A stretch of DNA of 64,000 nucleotides from contig OZ037767.1 of assembly GCA_964035545.1 (NCBI GenBank), positions 15,132,998 to 15,196,997 of the forward strand. Direction: 5' to 3'. A program made the translations under genes and the position numbers. The notes below the pieces were generated by a model. That model was not told the origin of the DNA. It ran no database searches and saw only the letters and a list, made by a program, of their open reading frames with translations. Shown here in pieces: positions 13,301-27,448 of this stretch. The first letter of the stretch is position 1, and each line of letters opens with the position of its first letter. Origin of the DNA: Bugula neritina (Eukaryota > Animalia > Bryozoa).

Positions 13301-14200
13301 ACAACTTGACCCTTACTTGGAGGAATCTATCTGTTACGTGTGCAGGATTAGTTTGGGGCCATACTTTTGCAGACATCCAATGTGCTCTAAGGTAACACAA
13401 TTCCTCGATTATATTGAGGAAAAGTAGCTCTGCTTCTAAACCATGAGGAAATGTATATTTTGACAACTTCAAGTATTTAATTATTTAATTTAGGTTTTTA
13501 TTTAATTTTAATAATTATTTAATCTAATTTAAATTAATTTAATTACCTAATGCTATAAGGTTTGATAAGACTTTTTAGCAGCTTAAGAATTGCGCATAAA
13601 ATTAATTTGATAATCTTGAAAGTTCAACTGCTATAATTGTTACCATAATACATTATCTGTTGGTGAAAATATACTTTTTCATTAAAAAAATCTTTTAGCA
13701 TGTCACTTTTCCAAATTTACTGCAAACATGGTCATGAAAAATGTTTACTGCATGAGAGCTATTATAATCTCATTTAGTTCAATTGAAGTGATGGTTTAAC
13801 TGAAAATAGGACCTGATGAGGTGATGTCTAAGTTGTTGAATAGTTTAAGGAATAATTTTTAGTATACTGTAAAAAGAGTAGTATAAGGTACAAGATTATT
13901 ATTAGTAAATTAACATACAAATGCATTATTAATAATAAAAAATCTTCAACATATCAGATTTTGAAAGAACATTACACTGCATGTCAATTATTTATTTGTC
14001 TGACTCCGCTAACTTTGCAATTCGATTTTTAATAAAGTTGTCTGGTTTTATTCTCCCAGTACTTCTGTGAACTCTGTTGGCGCTGGCAGCACGCTGACTT
14101 GGGGGAAGGAGCCCAGGCCCATCATCCTCTTACCAGAAACTCTAAAAAGAGTCGTGGTTTCTCAGAAGGAGGCTCTAGACTCGCTAGAAATGGCATTTAA
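7339..14200 (+). CDS. CPEB1: Cytoplasmic polyadenylation element-binding protein 1 (CPEB1/Orb class), 15 coding exons, ~745 aa
   Basis: Hand-spliced GT-AG exons with consistent phases: 7339-7341 (ATG), 7617-7728, 8071-8169, 8453-8673, 9110-9402, 9759-10041, 10392-10489, 10690-10748, 11134-11271, 11666-11920, 12260-12387, 12482-12701, 13027-13121, 13299-13391, 14060-14200 (TAA). Motifs: [17 protein letters not shown]; RRM1 [32 protein letters not shown]; RRM2 [55 protein letters not shown]; ZZ C/H domain C..C..PYFC..C..YFC..CW..H..H. The N-terminal exons are less certain than the RRM/ZZ exons. Confidence 0.93.
7819..8022 (+). mobile_element. tRNA-derived SINE in a CPEB1 intron
   Basis: A-box-like TGGTCTAGGG, B-box GGTTCGAACCC, A-rich tail, flanking AATTAA direct repeat (7813-7818 / 8021-8026). 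The body is homologous to copies at 30798 and 54038. Confidence 0.8.
12149..12267. repeat. 31-36 bp tandem repeat (4 copies) overlapping the 3' splice site of CPEB1 exon 12260
   Basis: Unit tgt(g/a)tttcaaag..tactt(a/g)agtatatataa, with AG dinucleotides ending at 12161, 12197, 12228 and 12259. Confidence 0.85.
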
Positions 14201-14551
14201 ATACGAAACTGTTGCATATATCTTATATGGAAGTTATGTTTAGTGTCTCATTGTTGTTTGCTCTTGTTCTGTTTATTTTGCTGTTTTGTTTGCCGCTATA
14301 TTTTTCCAAGCTTTATTTTTTTAAGCCAATGGTTTTAAGTAAAACTTCCTTTATTTCCTGTTTTAAATCCTTGCTTAGTGAACATCAAAAACAAACAAAA
14401 AATGATTAAAGGCTCCCTATAGTGAAGTATGTGGATTTTAATAATTTAGTGAAGGATGTTTGAAGGTATTAGAGCTGCTTATTTGCCAGTCTTAGGGGTG
14501 TAGTTTTGTATTTTGTAGAATAATATTAGCTGTTATATTATATTAAACATA

Positions 14552-14557
14552 AATAAA
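14552..14557 (+). terminator. Probable CPEB1 polyadenylation signal AATAAA
   Basis: First AATAAA about 350 nt after the stop, following a U-rich 3'UTR. Also retained in the duplicate copy near 42413. Confidence 0.5.
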
Positions 14558-15045
14558 AAAATCTCTCACATGATTTATTCGCCAACAATCAAATCTGCAC
14601 CCAATACTTGAATAAGATCATAAGGAACTATATATAGTATGATATATAGGTGCACTGTTAAACCAAAGATGCTTCATTGTTACTCGAACATATTTATTTC
14701 TCTTTTTTAATGAAAATAATCAATAGAAAATATTCAGATAGTTTACAAAAAGCAGCAAAGCTCAGAATTCAGAATAATATTTATATTCTATGCAAGATGC
14801 ATTACATAATACTGTTTATTGAAAATGCATGTTGTATGTCGAGTGTTGATTACCAATATAACTGAAATACAAAATCAGATATATATATATCATATAGCTA
14901 AATATTTAGAGTTATACACAGTTAACTCAAATGTATATAAAGAGATATTACAGAAGAATAAAATGAAACTTTTGTTTAAAGAAATTAAAAAGAACATTTC
15001 AATATATTATTACTGTAAGAATTAGGTTCAAATCCTAAATAAGTT

Positions 15046-18000
15046 CTAAACGAGCACATAGCAAGTAGAACTTGAAGAATTTTCAAACACAACTGAAATC
15101 TCATTATGAATATAACATCCCGCTGTAGAGGTTATTGAAAATGCTGCACAATTTAGATATTGCACACTGCAAGCGTAGGCACATGATTCTATTGAGAGCT
15201 GTTTGAAAACCCCAACAGATTTACTGCTACACATGCGATCAGATAACGCTGAGAATCTTTTATGCTTTGGATGACTCATGTAGTAAAAAGTTTGAGAGGT
15301 TTTGCTGTAGACGAGGAAATTATTCTCAGTTGATGTGGCGGATATGAGGTCAAGGTCAGTGTTCAGACCAGTCACCACAACATCTACTAATCCAACATGG
15401 CCACTGCTCACTTTGACTCTCTTCAGTTTTCCTTTGTTTACAAACAGCTGCTGCCCATCCACAACAACAGGTATGCAATTATTGCTGCACTCAAAGCTGA
15501 CAGTGTTGGTGTTTTTGATAACAAGAGATTTAGCTTTGCAGGTTTTAATATCACTTGTAAGTGAAACAACTCCAAATGATTGAACTGTCGGATAATAAAA
15601 GTTGCTGGCAAAGCCAGTTACAAAACCAAACTGAAGACCGTAGTAGCCATGTATGATAAAATATGAGGGATAGATGTTTAAAATTACAGAGTAGACATTA
15701 TTGTTTTTCACACAATTTATGATTAGTCGTGTAACGTCTGCAAAGTATAAAATTGCCAGGTGAGTTGGTGAATCAAGTCTAATATTAGAGATTCGAGAGT
15801 ATGTTTGATATGCAATGAGGGTACCTGCTTCACCGCAGTGACCAATCATAGCATAGTTTACATTTAGTAGGTCAGCAAGATTTACTGCTTTTATACAGTG
15901 CTCTAATTGGTCCGCTACAAAAATAGACTGGTTCTTGTAAGATTCTAAAAGGCTGAGTTTAGACAGGTTTGCAAAAATAATATGACTAATTGAGGTAAAT
16001 GTGTAGGAATTTTGCATATAGGCACAACCTTGTAGCTGCACACCAGCTACTACTGTACAGTCTCCATGGTGATTGATCTCTACAAGTTGTTTTGATGTAG
16101 CTGTTATTATTTTAGTAGAATCAGTTGGATGTTCAATAAAGGATATGATGTCATCAGTCATTTTCTTGACCCCAATGTGACTAGTGGCCTGGTAAGGAGT
16201 GCTGATTGAACCATCTGCCGAATCAGTTATTAACCTTTGACCTACAAATAGGTACACATTGTTTAAAACTCAGGTGGGTTTTATATATCTGAAAAAACTA
16301 CTGATGGAAAAGCTTTTTAAACGGACTAAAGACTTGCTTTTTATTAGGGCACAAGGGCAATTATGACTAACATTACCAATACAGCATTTATATAACAGAA
16401 AATTGCTGTTTAACCCATATATATAATAATATATTCAACAATTTTAGCAATTTATGAAACTGTTCATGTAAAAACCAAATTTAAGAATCTTATCAAGTAA
16501 TGCTGTAATTTTTCGTAAGTTTTGTTAGTTTGTTGAAACTTCATCTTTTCGTATACCTATATAATACTTTAAACGGACATTGCATGTGGCTTGAATATTG
16601 ATTAGCGCTACATGAATTAGCTTAGGACTTGTTTGACAAAGATCAAATTCAATAATTAAACTATAATTATGTGTTAAATATTGGACTATGATATGTTCAA
16701 ATTTGTTTTATTATGCTAAAACTTGTTTGATTTCATGCAAGTTCAACATTTTGCCCTATAAGGTAAACGAACAATTTTCATCATATCAACAAAGCGCTTA
16801 ATGCAATAACTACAATTATTCTTAGCAAAATGGCAACTTTTAAACATGAGAACATATTATGTGTTTATTCTTAACTTTTAAAAAGCTGTAACAATAAACA
16901 TTTCCTTGATAGCACTTTTGCAATGTAGAATATTTAATTTAAATTGCGGTACCTTTTATGGACTGCGGTAGGCTTATATAAATTAAGTTTTGCTTATACC
17001 TTAACGATTTCCAGTCAGAGATTCAATTTGGCAGAGTTGAAATTTTTCCAAGTTGCATTGCATTATAAAAGTCACTCATAAAAAAAATTGTACTGTGATA
17101 ATTTAATTGGCCAAGTTCAAAATAACAATCAAAAGGATTGATAACTCTTTGTAAACATCATTATTTAGTTATGACTTGAGCGGCTATAATAGATGACATT
17201 CCAATATGTTTATAATTGTATTGTCAACGCTTTCCCAATTATTGCTTTTATGTTGTCAACTTTATTAATTCAGGACGTTTTCAAAGGAAGTCAAATAGCA
17301 ACTTTCTTTTATAATAATATTATAGTATAACATACTCTGATGACAAGTCTATGATCTAAACTGCGATAATTTATGGTTACGCAGATTGTGAATCTAAGTT
17401 GCATGGCAGGAACAAATATATTATAACTGCTTTTAGAATATAGGCTTTTCCATTATTACTGGTCTTACATAACACCTGCAGTCTTATATTACTGGTCTTA
17501 TAAAGCGGGTCCTATATTAAACTCCTCCTTTATCACTAGTCCTATATAATACCAGTCTTCTTAAAATAAGCTGGTCCCATAATACTGGTCCTATAATAAT
17601 TATACTGATCCCATATTTCCTACAATAGGCCTATTATAGTAAGCTGGTCCTATATTACTTATAGTCCTACATTAATTACTGGTCCTATATAATATAATAA
17701 ACTGGGCCTATATAATACTAGTTCTATAGTGTTGGTGCTACAATACTGGTCTTATAATAAGCTGGTCCGATAGTACTGGTTCTATTAAACTGGCTCCCTA
17801 ACATTAGTCCTATCACCCACAATATATTTATAAAAATAATTGATTTATATATTATATATAGCTGAATGATCAGCATATCATGGTTTATTATACATAGAAA
17901 CAATAACAATTAATTTGAAGGACAACTGTTTATAAACCAATCACATTACCTGGGAAAGTCTTGTAGATACTGTTCCTCCATGTTCCACCACACATTTGAC

Positions 18001-18961
18001 TACTGTTCCCTCTGCATGCTCTACGACACTCAGTTTCCCCTGCTTCACCATGTTTGTTGTACTCAACACCACAGTAACACTGGTCAGTAGATTGTACTCC
18101 TGCGTATGGCTGCCCTGGAATTAGTAAATTACTAATTGATCTTCATAAATATAACAAGACGCTAATTAAATCACAAAACACAATTTTTTTATAGTTCAGC
18201 TACAATTGGCAGATTCAAACTTATATATGCCTTTGTCGTGTTAAAATGGAAAAATACTGAAATCAATAAAAATTAAAAATAAACGTTTTCAAAGAATCAA
18301 CATCATTATCAGGTATAGTAGGTTCTTACACAATATTTTTGGTATACTGCAGTTATTTTTGGAAACATTTATAAAACGATTTACCTTGTATAGTGCAGTA
18401 GCCAATACAAAGCTCTACGGTCATCAAATGAGTAAAAAATGCTATGGGTAAGGCTCTGTTCCTAGAGTCCTTGTAACAACCAATCAGCTGGTTGAGAGTG
18501 TACACCAGATGCCAACACAGCCAGAGTTGCAGAAGCACTTAAATTATACAACTAAATTAGTCAATATTTTGTAAAAAAAAGTTTGAACTAACAGACGCAA
18601 GTATTTAAAAAAAAATATAATTTAGAATTAAAAGTTTTGAATAGATAAAATTAAAGCAAAATATAAAAACATAAAATATTCACATTGTAAGTTAAAACAT
18701 ATTTAAAAAAAATAAAATTTAGAATAAAAAGCTTTTGAATGAATAAAATTAAAGCAAAATATAAAAACATAAAATATTCACATTGTAGGTTAAAACATAA
18801 CTTTTTAGTTTAGATATAAAAAGCAGATATAATAAACTACATTGCAATAATTGACAATTTGAATTTTTTTAAGCTAATGAACATGTTTTTCATATTTCAA
18901 ATCTTACGAAGCCAACTGAAGCAAAGCATATCTTACCAAGCCTTAGCTGGCAATATTTCAT
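15046..18961 (-). CDS. Gene A: secreted WSC + NHL-like + PAN/apple protein, 4 exons, ~512 aa
   Basis: Exons 18961-18937, 18537-18385, 18114-17950, 16241-15046, all joined by phase-1 GT-AG introns. Hydrophobic N-terminus. WSC motif IGCYKD..RAL..MTVELCIGYC..G.PYAGVQ..QCYCG..C..AC.GNSSQMCGG.W.NSIY. NHL-like VVAG / IFVADQLEHCIK / LDSPTHL. C-terminal PAN C..SCAYACS..CAAFS..CYIH..CY. Confidence 0.85.
17455..17810. repeat. Degenerate minisatellite (tactggtcctatata-like) in an intron of gene A
   Basis: Many imperfect ctggtcc/ctagtcc-tata units. Partly retained at ~44335-44555. Confidence 0.65.
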
Positions 18962-20615
18962 TATTACTATGTCTAGCCAATTCAACTTTTAATCATGCAG
19001 TTAATTGGCTTTGAGTTTGTAATAACTTTTATTTCTAGATTAGAGATTTATTTTGGAATGCAAAATACTTTAATTAGTTTGCACATATGTAAGATACACA
19101 ACTTGGTTTGCCTGTGAAATTGTAACACTACTCCAATCTCATCCTAAAAAGCCTAGACTATATATTTATTTTATGAATTTATTTTCAAATATAAGGATAC
19201 AACTTGTTTGGAAAAATAGATCATATTGTTAATGAATCGCAAAGTAAACGGGGAAATCTAATTGATTACAAAATGCAAACATCCCACATCCTATATATAT
19301 ACTGCACACTTAAAGCCGCACAATTATGAATTGTATAAGTAGTTTTAATTTTACTTTAGGTAATATTTTAAACAATTTTTTGTAGCAAAATAATTTCTTA
19401 TAGACATTTTCTTAAATTAATTTTCGTCGACATGTGTTATAATGAATGATATATTTTGATGTTTTTAATCATATGTTACTTTAGGTAACATTTTAACAAC
19501 TCATATACTATAAGTATTTGTTTATAGATCTGTCTATAATTTAGAATGAATCGGGATAAATTGTGCTACATTGTATAGGTATGCTGCTTTAAGATGGCAA
19601 TCTTATATTTTTGCTATAGTTGGTGCTAATTATAAGCATAACATATTATTATGATTATCGATATATTTATTATTATAATGGTGTTGTAACATTGACATAT
19701 ATAAAATAATATAAATATTGACTATTTACATCATTTTAGATTAATGTTGAAACAAAGATTATACGTAAAGATATTACTTTTATAGTTGTTTTTCATTAAT
19801 TGGTGTATCTATTATGACAACATGCATTGAAATTATTCGCCCACTCTCAGTTACACAACAACTCTATCATAACATCAAGAGAATCACAATGAAACAAGAT
19901 ACCAACATTTTATCATCTATTAACATGAAATATTTGACAAAGTTAAACATTATCAGACATATTCATATGTTTACTGTCACCATTAGCATGAATATAGATT
20001 TTTCCTACTTTTTATGACACTAATAGCATGAATTATCTTTGTATTCTGTTTATTTATTATAAATAATACATTAACTTTACCAGTTTTCTATATTCGACGA
20101 TCTTGCTCTTATAACACACTTTATGTTACTTGATAATTGCAAAGTAAATATTATAAGGGTATCTCTTAAGTTGCCGGCACTTTAAACTGTAAGAACAAAA
20201 TTTTCAACATGAGAATAATGAGGAAAAATCTATAAATGAAATTTTTTGTTATATATGACGGCATTGTTATAGGCTCTTTCAATAAGTTCACTTCGTAGAT
20301 GCTACAACAGTAAGTTACTAACAAACTTTATTAATTTTATAGTGAAATATCATTTTCTTAAATTACATAATTCGAACAGTTTTAGTTTCTATGTGGTATA
20401 TAGCTGATTAAAGCACTACATACACAGAGAGAAATATTAGTGTTAGAGTGAACATTAGCTGACAACTAAAACCTCTCGTTTTTTGGATCCCTAAATTGAC
20501 CAGCAGTGAATAAAAATTAGTGTCAGGTACTGTTCACAGTGAATAGTATGTTAGATCAATGTTGATATAAAGAGTTGTGAAGTTGATTCCTTGTATTTAT
20601 CACAATGAGCCAAGT

Positions 20616-20935
20616 TATGTTCAATGGTGAGCTTATATATTTTCAATGGTGAGCTTATATATGTTCAATGGTGAGCTTATATATTTTCAATGGTGATCTT
20701 ATTTATGCTCAATAGTGATATTATATATGTTTAATAGTGATCTTATTTATGCTCAATAGTGATATTATATATGTTTAATAGTGATCTTATTTATGTTCAA
20801 TAGTGATATTATATATGTTCAATGGTGAGCTTATATATATTTAATGGTGATATTATTTATGCTCAATAGTGATATTATATATGTTTAATGAGGATCTTAT
20901 TTCTGTTCAATGATGATCTTAGATATGCCCAATGC
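20616..20935. repeat. Subterminal ~22-bp minisatellite inside the CAC element
   Basis: Units ttatatatgttcaatggtgagc / ttatttatgctcaatagtgata. A shorter inverted array sits at ~62460-62685 in copy 2. Confidence 0.85.
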
Positions 20936-23433
20936 TGAACTGAGTTATATTCAAAGCTGAACTTATAAATGTTCCATGCTGCTCTAATTTTTGTTGGAAT
21001 TAAGCTTCTAACTTCTAACAAGTATTAGAGTATAGTAATGTGGATTTTATTGTATGTGATAGTTGAATATAAGAAATGCAACAAAAAATAACTTCTAAAG
21101 ATTAAAATAAGAAAAAAAACACGAAAATAAACATTTGCAGAATTTTTTTACGACTGTAAATTCAGTTAACTTTTCTCAATATTAGCAGAAACTGCTAAGA
21201 CCATAGTGTGTGTCATTACATTCTTGCTCTGTAGTGTAGCGATAACCAAGCAGTTGTGGTGTGTAATGGTTAGCACACCTGTGTGCAAGTCCGAGGTCTG
21301 TGATAGTAACCCAAGTACAGGAGGGGGGGGGAGAGGGAAGTTTTATAACTAATTCCAGCGGTTAGTAAAGTGTGGTAGTACTCCGAGAGGAGCTGAGTGG
21401 TCAGGGAAGCTTGAAGCAGTAGTATAAAAAAAGGCAGCTGAGTTCTTGAAAAGTGGGTAAGGTGTAGTGTCGAGAGCACCCAGTGACGCTTGTAATGTAG
21501 TGGTGAGTGCGTCTGCTTGCAGGCTGAAGGTCTCAGCATGATTCAAAGTTTTGTAGCGGTCAAATTCTTTTTTGTGCTCCTATTCAGCATTTTTGAGTGC
21601 ATGTTCTTAAAAAATCTTATGGGATCTACAACAAAAGATAAAAGTTGGGTAATATTTGAACTGTATTAGTACAAACAGTAAACATTTGGTCAAGATATAC
21701 AATCACAAGCAGCGTAAATAAATTAAGTTCAACTTTGAAGAAGCTGAAGTCTAAGGCCAAAACTAATAGTATCAATGGTGTTAGCTATGAAGCTTTCAGC
21801 ATATTTTCAGCACTATCGGACCAATCAATTGACTCTGAATAACCATACAGACTTTGGCAAACTGATGATCATTATGTTGAGTAGCGTTTGGGTTAGTTTG
21901 AGCTTATCAAAATTTAGTAACAATTTTGGCCATCATTTTATTTTACTTCTTTCTTAATTACAAATGCAAGAGCTGTTGGGCATAATTAGTTTAGTTAATA
22001 GAAGCTTCTCTGCATTAAAATTATCTCAAAATGTCAGTGAACCACAATTTAAGCTAGAGCCAGCATTTTATATGGACCCCTCATATCAAAATAACAGATA
22101 TTGATAAGTTTCAGTATGTCTATAAATTGAAAAACAAATAAAGTACTACCAAGAAAAATATTGTTACTTAAACATGTTTTTATATTTAATTGTGCTGTGC
22201 AAAGATAAATAAAAGAATAAACTGGTAGCACGGAAGTTAATAAAAAAAATTGCCAACTTTGCCAACTCACCACTAATATTGGCATTTTGGTACTTAGCTA
22301 TAAAACAAGAAGCTAGCTTGGCAGCTGCTTAAGGCTGATAACTACTTGTAGTAGGCTGCTAAACTGCATTATTAACAATACTTCTACAATGGGGGGGAAT
22401 TCAAATTAATGAATTTAGCACAAATTGCTAGAAGGTGAAGTGAAAATAAAACGCTAAATTTTTTGAAAATAGATTGTTACAGGAAAACTCGTATCAAATT
22501 GATATAGGAATAGAGTAGCTTGGGAAATATTAGTCAATGTGGTCTCCTAAAAGTTATAGTTGCACAAATTCAATTATCTGTCTACAGCAATAGTCATACT
22601 GTCATTGTGATATAAAATGACAACGTTAAGCAAATGATTGAGCTTACCTTTTGCTGCAATGACAACTTCAGTTCCTAACTCTGAAAGAAAGTGATCATCT
22701 TCTATCTCTGAGAGGTAGCTGCAATCTTTACCCATGTAATGAAATGATTCAATGTTTTCCATGTTGTGAGGTTGTTTGGAAGCACAAATTCACTGAATCT
22801 CAAAGCACAACCTCTTAGTTTGAGCCTCTGGTGTTCACTATGCCGGCAGAATATTTCTTCTGTCAATAGCCGTGAATGAAAACTATGTGCTGTTATGTAA
22901 TAACCTTTGTTTTGCTCTTTCGATGCTTGGTAAGCCAGTTTCTTGCCTTTGAATTACAATTTAAATATTTCCTTACTATAGCTCTGTTATGCAACATCTT
23001 CTTTTGTTCCACCAGGTAGTTTACACAAGTTACTTAGGCTTTTGAAGTGGTTCACCTGATCCACAATTGACTATTCAGTAGCTTGTTTCATTGTTAATTT
23101 TAAGCTTCTTGTTTGAAACACATTTGCCAATAACTGAGTACATTGGAGTTTAATGGTGCATCTCCCTGATCTCTCTTTTACACACATTTTAAATTAGTTG
23201 GCTTTCCTTTCCATGAATGAAATTGACTAGTGAAGCCTAAACTACCCATGCAAGAGATATGTGCAGTTGAAATTTTTTGTTGATAAATTCAACTTAAATC
23301 TTTGATAAACGGAGTGGGGCAATGTTTATTAGTAGTCTGGTAACAAGCTATTTGAAAATGTCTTGGGTTCATAAAAATTTCTAAATCATAAACAGCTAGT
23401 AGGTTGAAGGAGTTTCATTCCACTTATATGCTC

Positions 23434-23790
23434 CCCAGTTAGGTTGTATTTTTTGTTTTGGTACTAAGTTTTATATACCTATATACTCTTATATAACTTT
23501 CATATCAATTGCTAAACATAAAATAACCATTAATATGATATATTTGCAATAATATTTAAATTTTCCCAAATTTGTGTTGAAAAAAACCATTAAATGCATT
23601 AATAATAACATTTTTTCAAAAAACAAAAAATATAGAAAATGCAAAATTAATAGGTTTATGCAGAGCAAAGAAATTTATTTGTGTGCCAATTATAAAAAGC
23701 AATTGACTCAAATATATTTAAATACACGTATATATTTTAATAGTGTTCAAATAAATTGCACGTAAAACGTATAAATAGCATCTAACTGGG
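23434..23790. mobile_element. CCCAG-ended MITE nested in the CAC element
   Basis: CCCAGTTAG...CTAACTGGG termini. The interior is homologous to 29904-30325, 53151-53574 and (inverted) 59587-59941. Confidence 0.65.
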
Positions 23791-24382
23791 AAGCACCAAT
23801 TGAAATGACCTAAATGTAGGGTTCAACTTTATCCTAGCTTCCTAAAAAGGTTTGTGATCATCGTTAGTGCACACGTGTACAAATAATGTTGTTAGGTGAA
23901 CAACTGCCAATTGTTCCATAATTCTTCTGTAAATAAAATTTTGCTTGAACATATGTAGTTGTAGCATTGATCTCACTTTCTGCTCCTATCAACTACTGTT
24001 TAGCTTCATTCAGACCTAGGGATGATGATTACGTAATACTTGTGAAAAGTAGCGTTGACTTAACAACTAAGTGGTTTCAGAGCTACTACAAAATATTTTT
24101 CAGCTTACACTAATCGGATTAATTTTCAATTTCATCAAAATAAGTGCAGGTCTAACAACTATTAGAGGTGTGGTGCAGGCTATACCGACAATAAAAAGCT
24201 CTTTGAACAACTTTAGTGCAAGCACTGCACTAATATTTCTCTCTGTGTAGAGCTGAGAAGCTCTGAACTTTAGTGAAATTAGTATTTCATTATCAGAAGT
24301 GGTTGGTGCGTGTATATGACTGTGCTGTACTGTACTGACTGTACTGTATTCCGTGTGTGCATATAACTCTTGAAAAGACTCT

Positions 24383-24387
<5 letters not shown>

Positions 24388-24457
<70 letters not shown>

Positions 24458-24463
24458 TATATA
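24388..24463. repeat. (TA)n microsatellite just upstream of gene B
   Basis: Seen directly in the sequence. Confidence 0.95.
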
Positions 24464-24500
24464 TTGAAGTAAACAAAGAACTTGTTATATCAAAGTAGAG

Positions 24501-27079
24501 ATGAAGAATATTCTAGAAATATACGCTCTGATTCTGCTGATACAAGTGACTACTTCAGAATACATGGGATGTTATAAAGATAAAGGAGAGAGAGCATTGC
24601 CTTTAGTCACTAAAGTTACTAATATGACAGTAGACTTCTGTATAGGCTACTGCATCTATAGAGGTAAAGAGAATATGACGTAAATCTGTTTTTCTATTTA
24701 ATATATTTTACCGTAATTATATAAACTTTATTACATATGTAATGTATTAAAATTGTGATTCTTTTACACCAATTATATGACTAATATTATCTTTTTCTCA
24801 AATATAATAAGCATATAATAATATTATATTATATTCTTAAACAGCAATTATATTTTTATTATGTTGCTCTCATCCAGTTATATAATACTTATGGCATCTT
24901 GATATTTTATTATTCTTGTACAGCAACTATATAAACATTATATAATTCTTGTATATAGTAATTATAAAAATGTTTCATTATTATTGTACATTAGATATAT
25001 AAACATTATATCATTATTCTATTGTAATTATATAAATGTTATCTGTATATTTTAGGCCAGATGTATGCTGGTTTGCAGGATGGCAGAGAATGCTTCTGTG
25101 GTACAACCTTTGACCTCTATGGAGCTCTAGACGAATCAAGTTGTAGCAGTAGTTGCACGGGAAATGCGAGTCAGATATGTGGGGGAAGTTGGGCAAACAG
25201 TGTATACAGAGCACTGTCAGGTAAGATGAGAAAAATGAGATGAGATGAGATAAAATGAGAAAAGTTTTTTAGGTAATACATGAAATTGGAGTTTTTTAAT
25301 CTTCACGATACTTATCAAATTTTATTTAACCAAATATTTACTTTTACAGACGATTGTTATTCTAAAAAATTGGCTGATAGCGAAATAGCTTTTAAAGGAA
25401 TATTAAAATAATTAAACTCAATTAAGAAACTTTGAATGATTTGACCTTAATACTTCTGACAAAAAGTATTAATACCATGATTTTTTAATTATTAACAACT
25501 AATAATTTGTTTAATCTATAGCTACATTGTTTAGTTTATTTCCACACTCTTGTAAGTAACAGTATGGTATAGTACAGTATATAACATGTTTTTTGGTAAA
25601 TCGGGTAAAATTTTTGTAACCTTATGATAAATTATAATAACTTTGCTCTTTTTGATATGCTAAATAAGTGTACATATCTTTATTATGTTAAAGCTTGCTA
25701 ACCTAAATAACTATGTATGTTTTAAGATATATGTAATACATATTTATTTATTTAGTAATATTTACTTCTGTGTTTTTATGAGTTTCTAGAATCATACTTT
25801 TATTGTTAAATTATTTATTATTATGCTATTTTTAGAAAATGTCAAAACACGAAAAAACAAACCCGCAAACTTAGTTCAAGTCAGAAATATTGAAGTTAGA
25901 GAAATAAGTGATGACATCATATCCTTTATTGAACATCCGGCTGATTCTACTAAAATAATAGCAGTTACATCAAAACAATTTGTAGAGATCAATCATCATG
26001 GAGACTGTACAGTAGTAGCTGGTGTGCAGCTACAAGGTTGTGCTTATAAATCAAATGGGTTTTACTTCTTCTCAATCAGCCATTTTATCTATGCCCATTT
26101 CACCAAACTGAAAGTCTCTCACAGTCTTTTCAACAAATCAGCCATTTTGGTTGCTGATGAAGGCAATCACTGCATAAAGTTTCTCATTCTAAAAGACTTA
26201 TCATCTTTTGTGTTTGACAATTCAATAAATGACTACCATGTTGGTAAGTGTGGATCTTTTAAAAAAGAACTTTTGACTGAAAATCTTCAAAATTTAATTG
26301 ATCCTAAAGAAATGGAGCTGAACAGCCCAAAACATCTTTCTCTGTACCATGACTCTGAGACTATTAGACTAGTTGTTAACTGTGTACTGACTGAAGTATA
26401 CTCTGTTATTGTTAGTATCTATCCAACTCACACTGTAGCATATGAGTACAGTGGACACCCTGGGTATGTAACTGATGTTTCTGAAAATCTCTATTGGCCA
26501 TTATTTCGATCAAAAGGATTGAAAAGTCTTTCAGCTGATAACAGCACTTCAATAAACCAAATCCTTATCATTAATGGGAGTTACTCAACTACTGCAAATT
26601 ATTATTGCGATTCCAGGAACAGTTCTGCTATTCCCAGACTGTTTCAAAGTTGGCCTTTAGTAATTGCAAATGGTGAATTGAAATCCCTGGTTTATAATTC
26701 GACAAGCAGTGAAATCAAACTAACTAATATAAATATTATTAATCTTTCTACAAAAACACCCCCTGAGTTTAGCCAGTTTACTACAACAAAGGAATCCAAT
26801 CATATTATTCTCTACAGTCAAAGCCTAAAGAAATTTTATTATGCAAAGGCATTTTCTCGCTATCAGAAAATTCTGGAAATGTCTTGTAGTAAATATGTTA
26901 TAGAAAAAGCAATTGTGGGTGGACCTGAAAGTTGTGCTTACATCTGCAGTAAATATGGTAGTCAGTGTGTTGCTTTTTCTGTTAATAATTATGATAATTC
27001 TTGCTACATTCATGACCACTTTGACTTGGCCGATGCCTACATATCTAATGACTCAGCTTGTTATTTATCTATATCATAA
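24501..27079 (+). CDS. Gene B: secreted WSC + NHL-like + PAN/apple protein, 3 exons, ~523 aa
   Basis: Exons 24501-24663, 25056-25220, 25836-27079 with phase-1 introns. Signal peptide MKNILEIYALILLIQVTTS. WSC YMGCYKD..MTVDFCIGYC..YAGLQDGRECFCG..CSSSCTGNASQICGGSWANSVY. NHL-like ILVADEGNHCIK, GKCG, LNSPKHL. PAN SCAYICSKYGSQCVAFS..CYIH. Confidence 0.88.
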
Positions 27080-27244
27080 TTATAACATATAATTGCATAG
27101 TTGAACACCACTTTCTGATGACAACATTAATGATGCTTTACTCTAACTTATGTTAATTTTTAATAATCATAATCATAATTATTATTTTCATTCAATTAAA
27201 TAATTTCGGGAAATGATACACAGCGGTTTTTGAAAATTATATCT

Positions 27245-27448
<204 letters not shown>

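Larger units (their letters stand above)
20423..24247. mobile_element. Non-autonomous TIR DNA transposon, copy 1 (3825 bp, CAC...GTG ends, TA target duplication)
   Basis: Perfect 20-bp TIR CACAGAGAGAAATATTAGTG / CACTAATATTTCTCTCTGTG with TA on both sides. The empty site (aagcactataTAgagctgagaag) is in the duplicate block at ~47016-47037. Superfamily unresolved (CMC/EnSpm-like or Tc1/mariner-like). No transposase motif recognised. Confidence 0.92.

Noticed and set aside
20423-24247. Transib/RAG-like transposon because of CACAG ends
   Set aside because: The TSD is 2 bp (TA) by empty-site comparison, not 5 bp, and there is no RSS nonamer or RAG1-like coding sequence.
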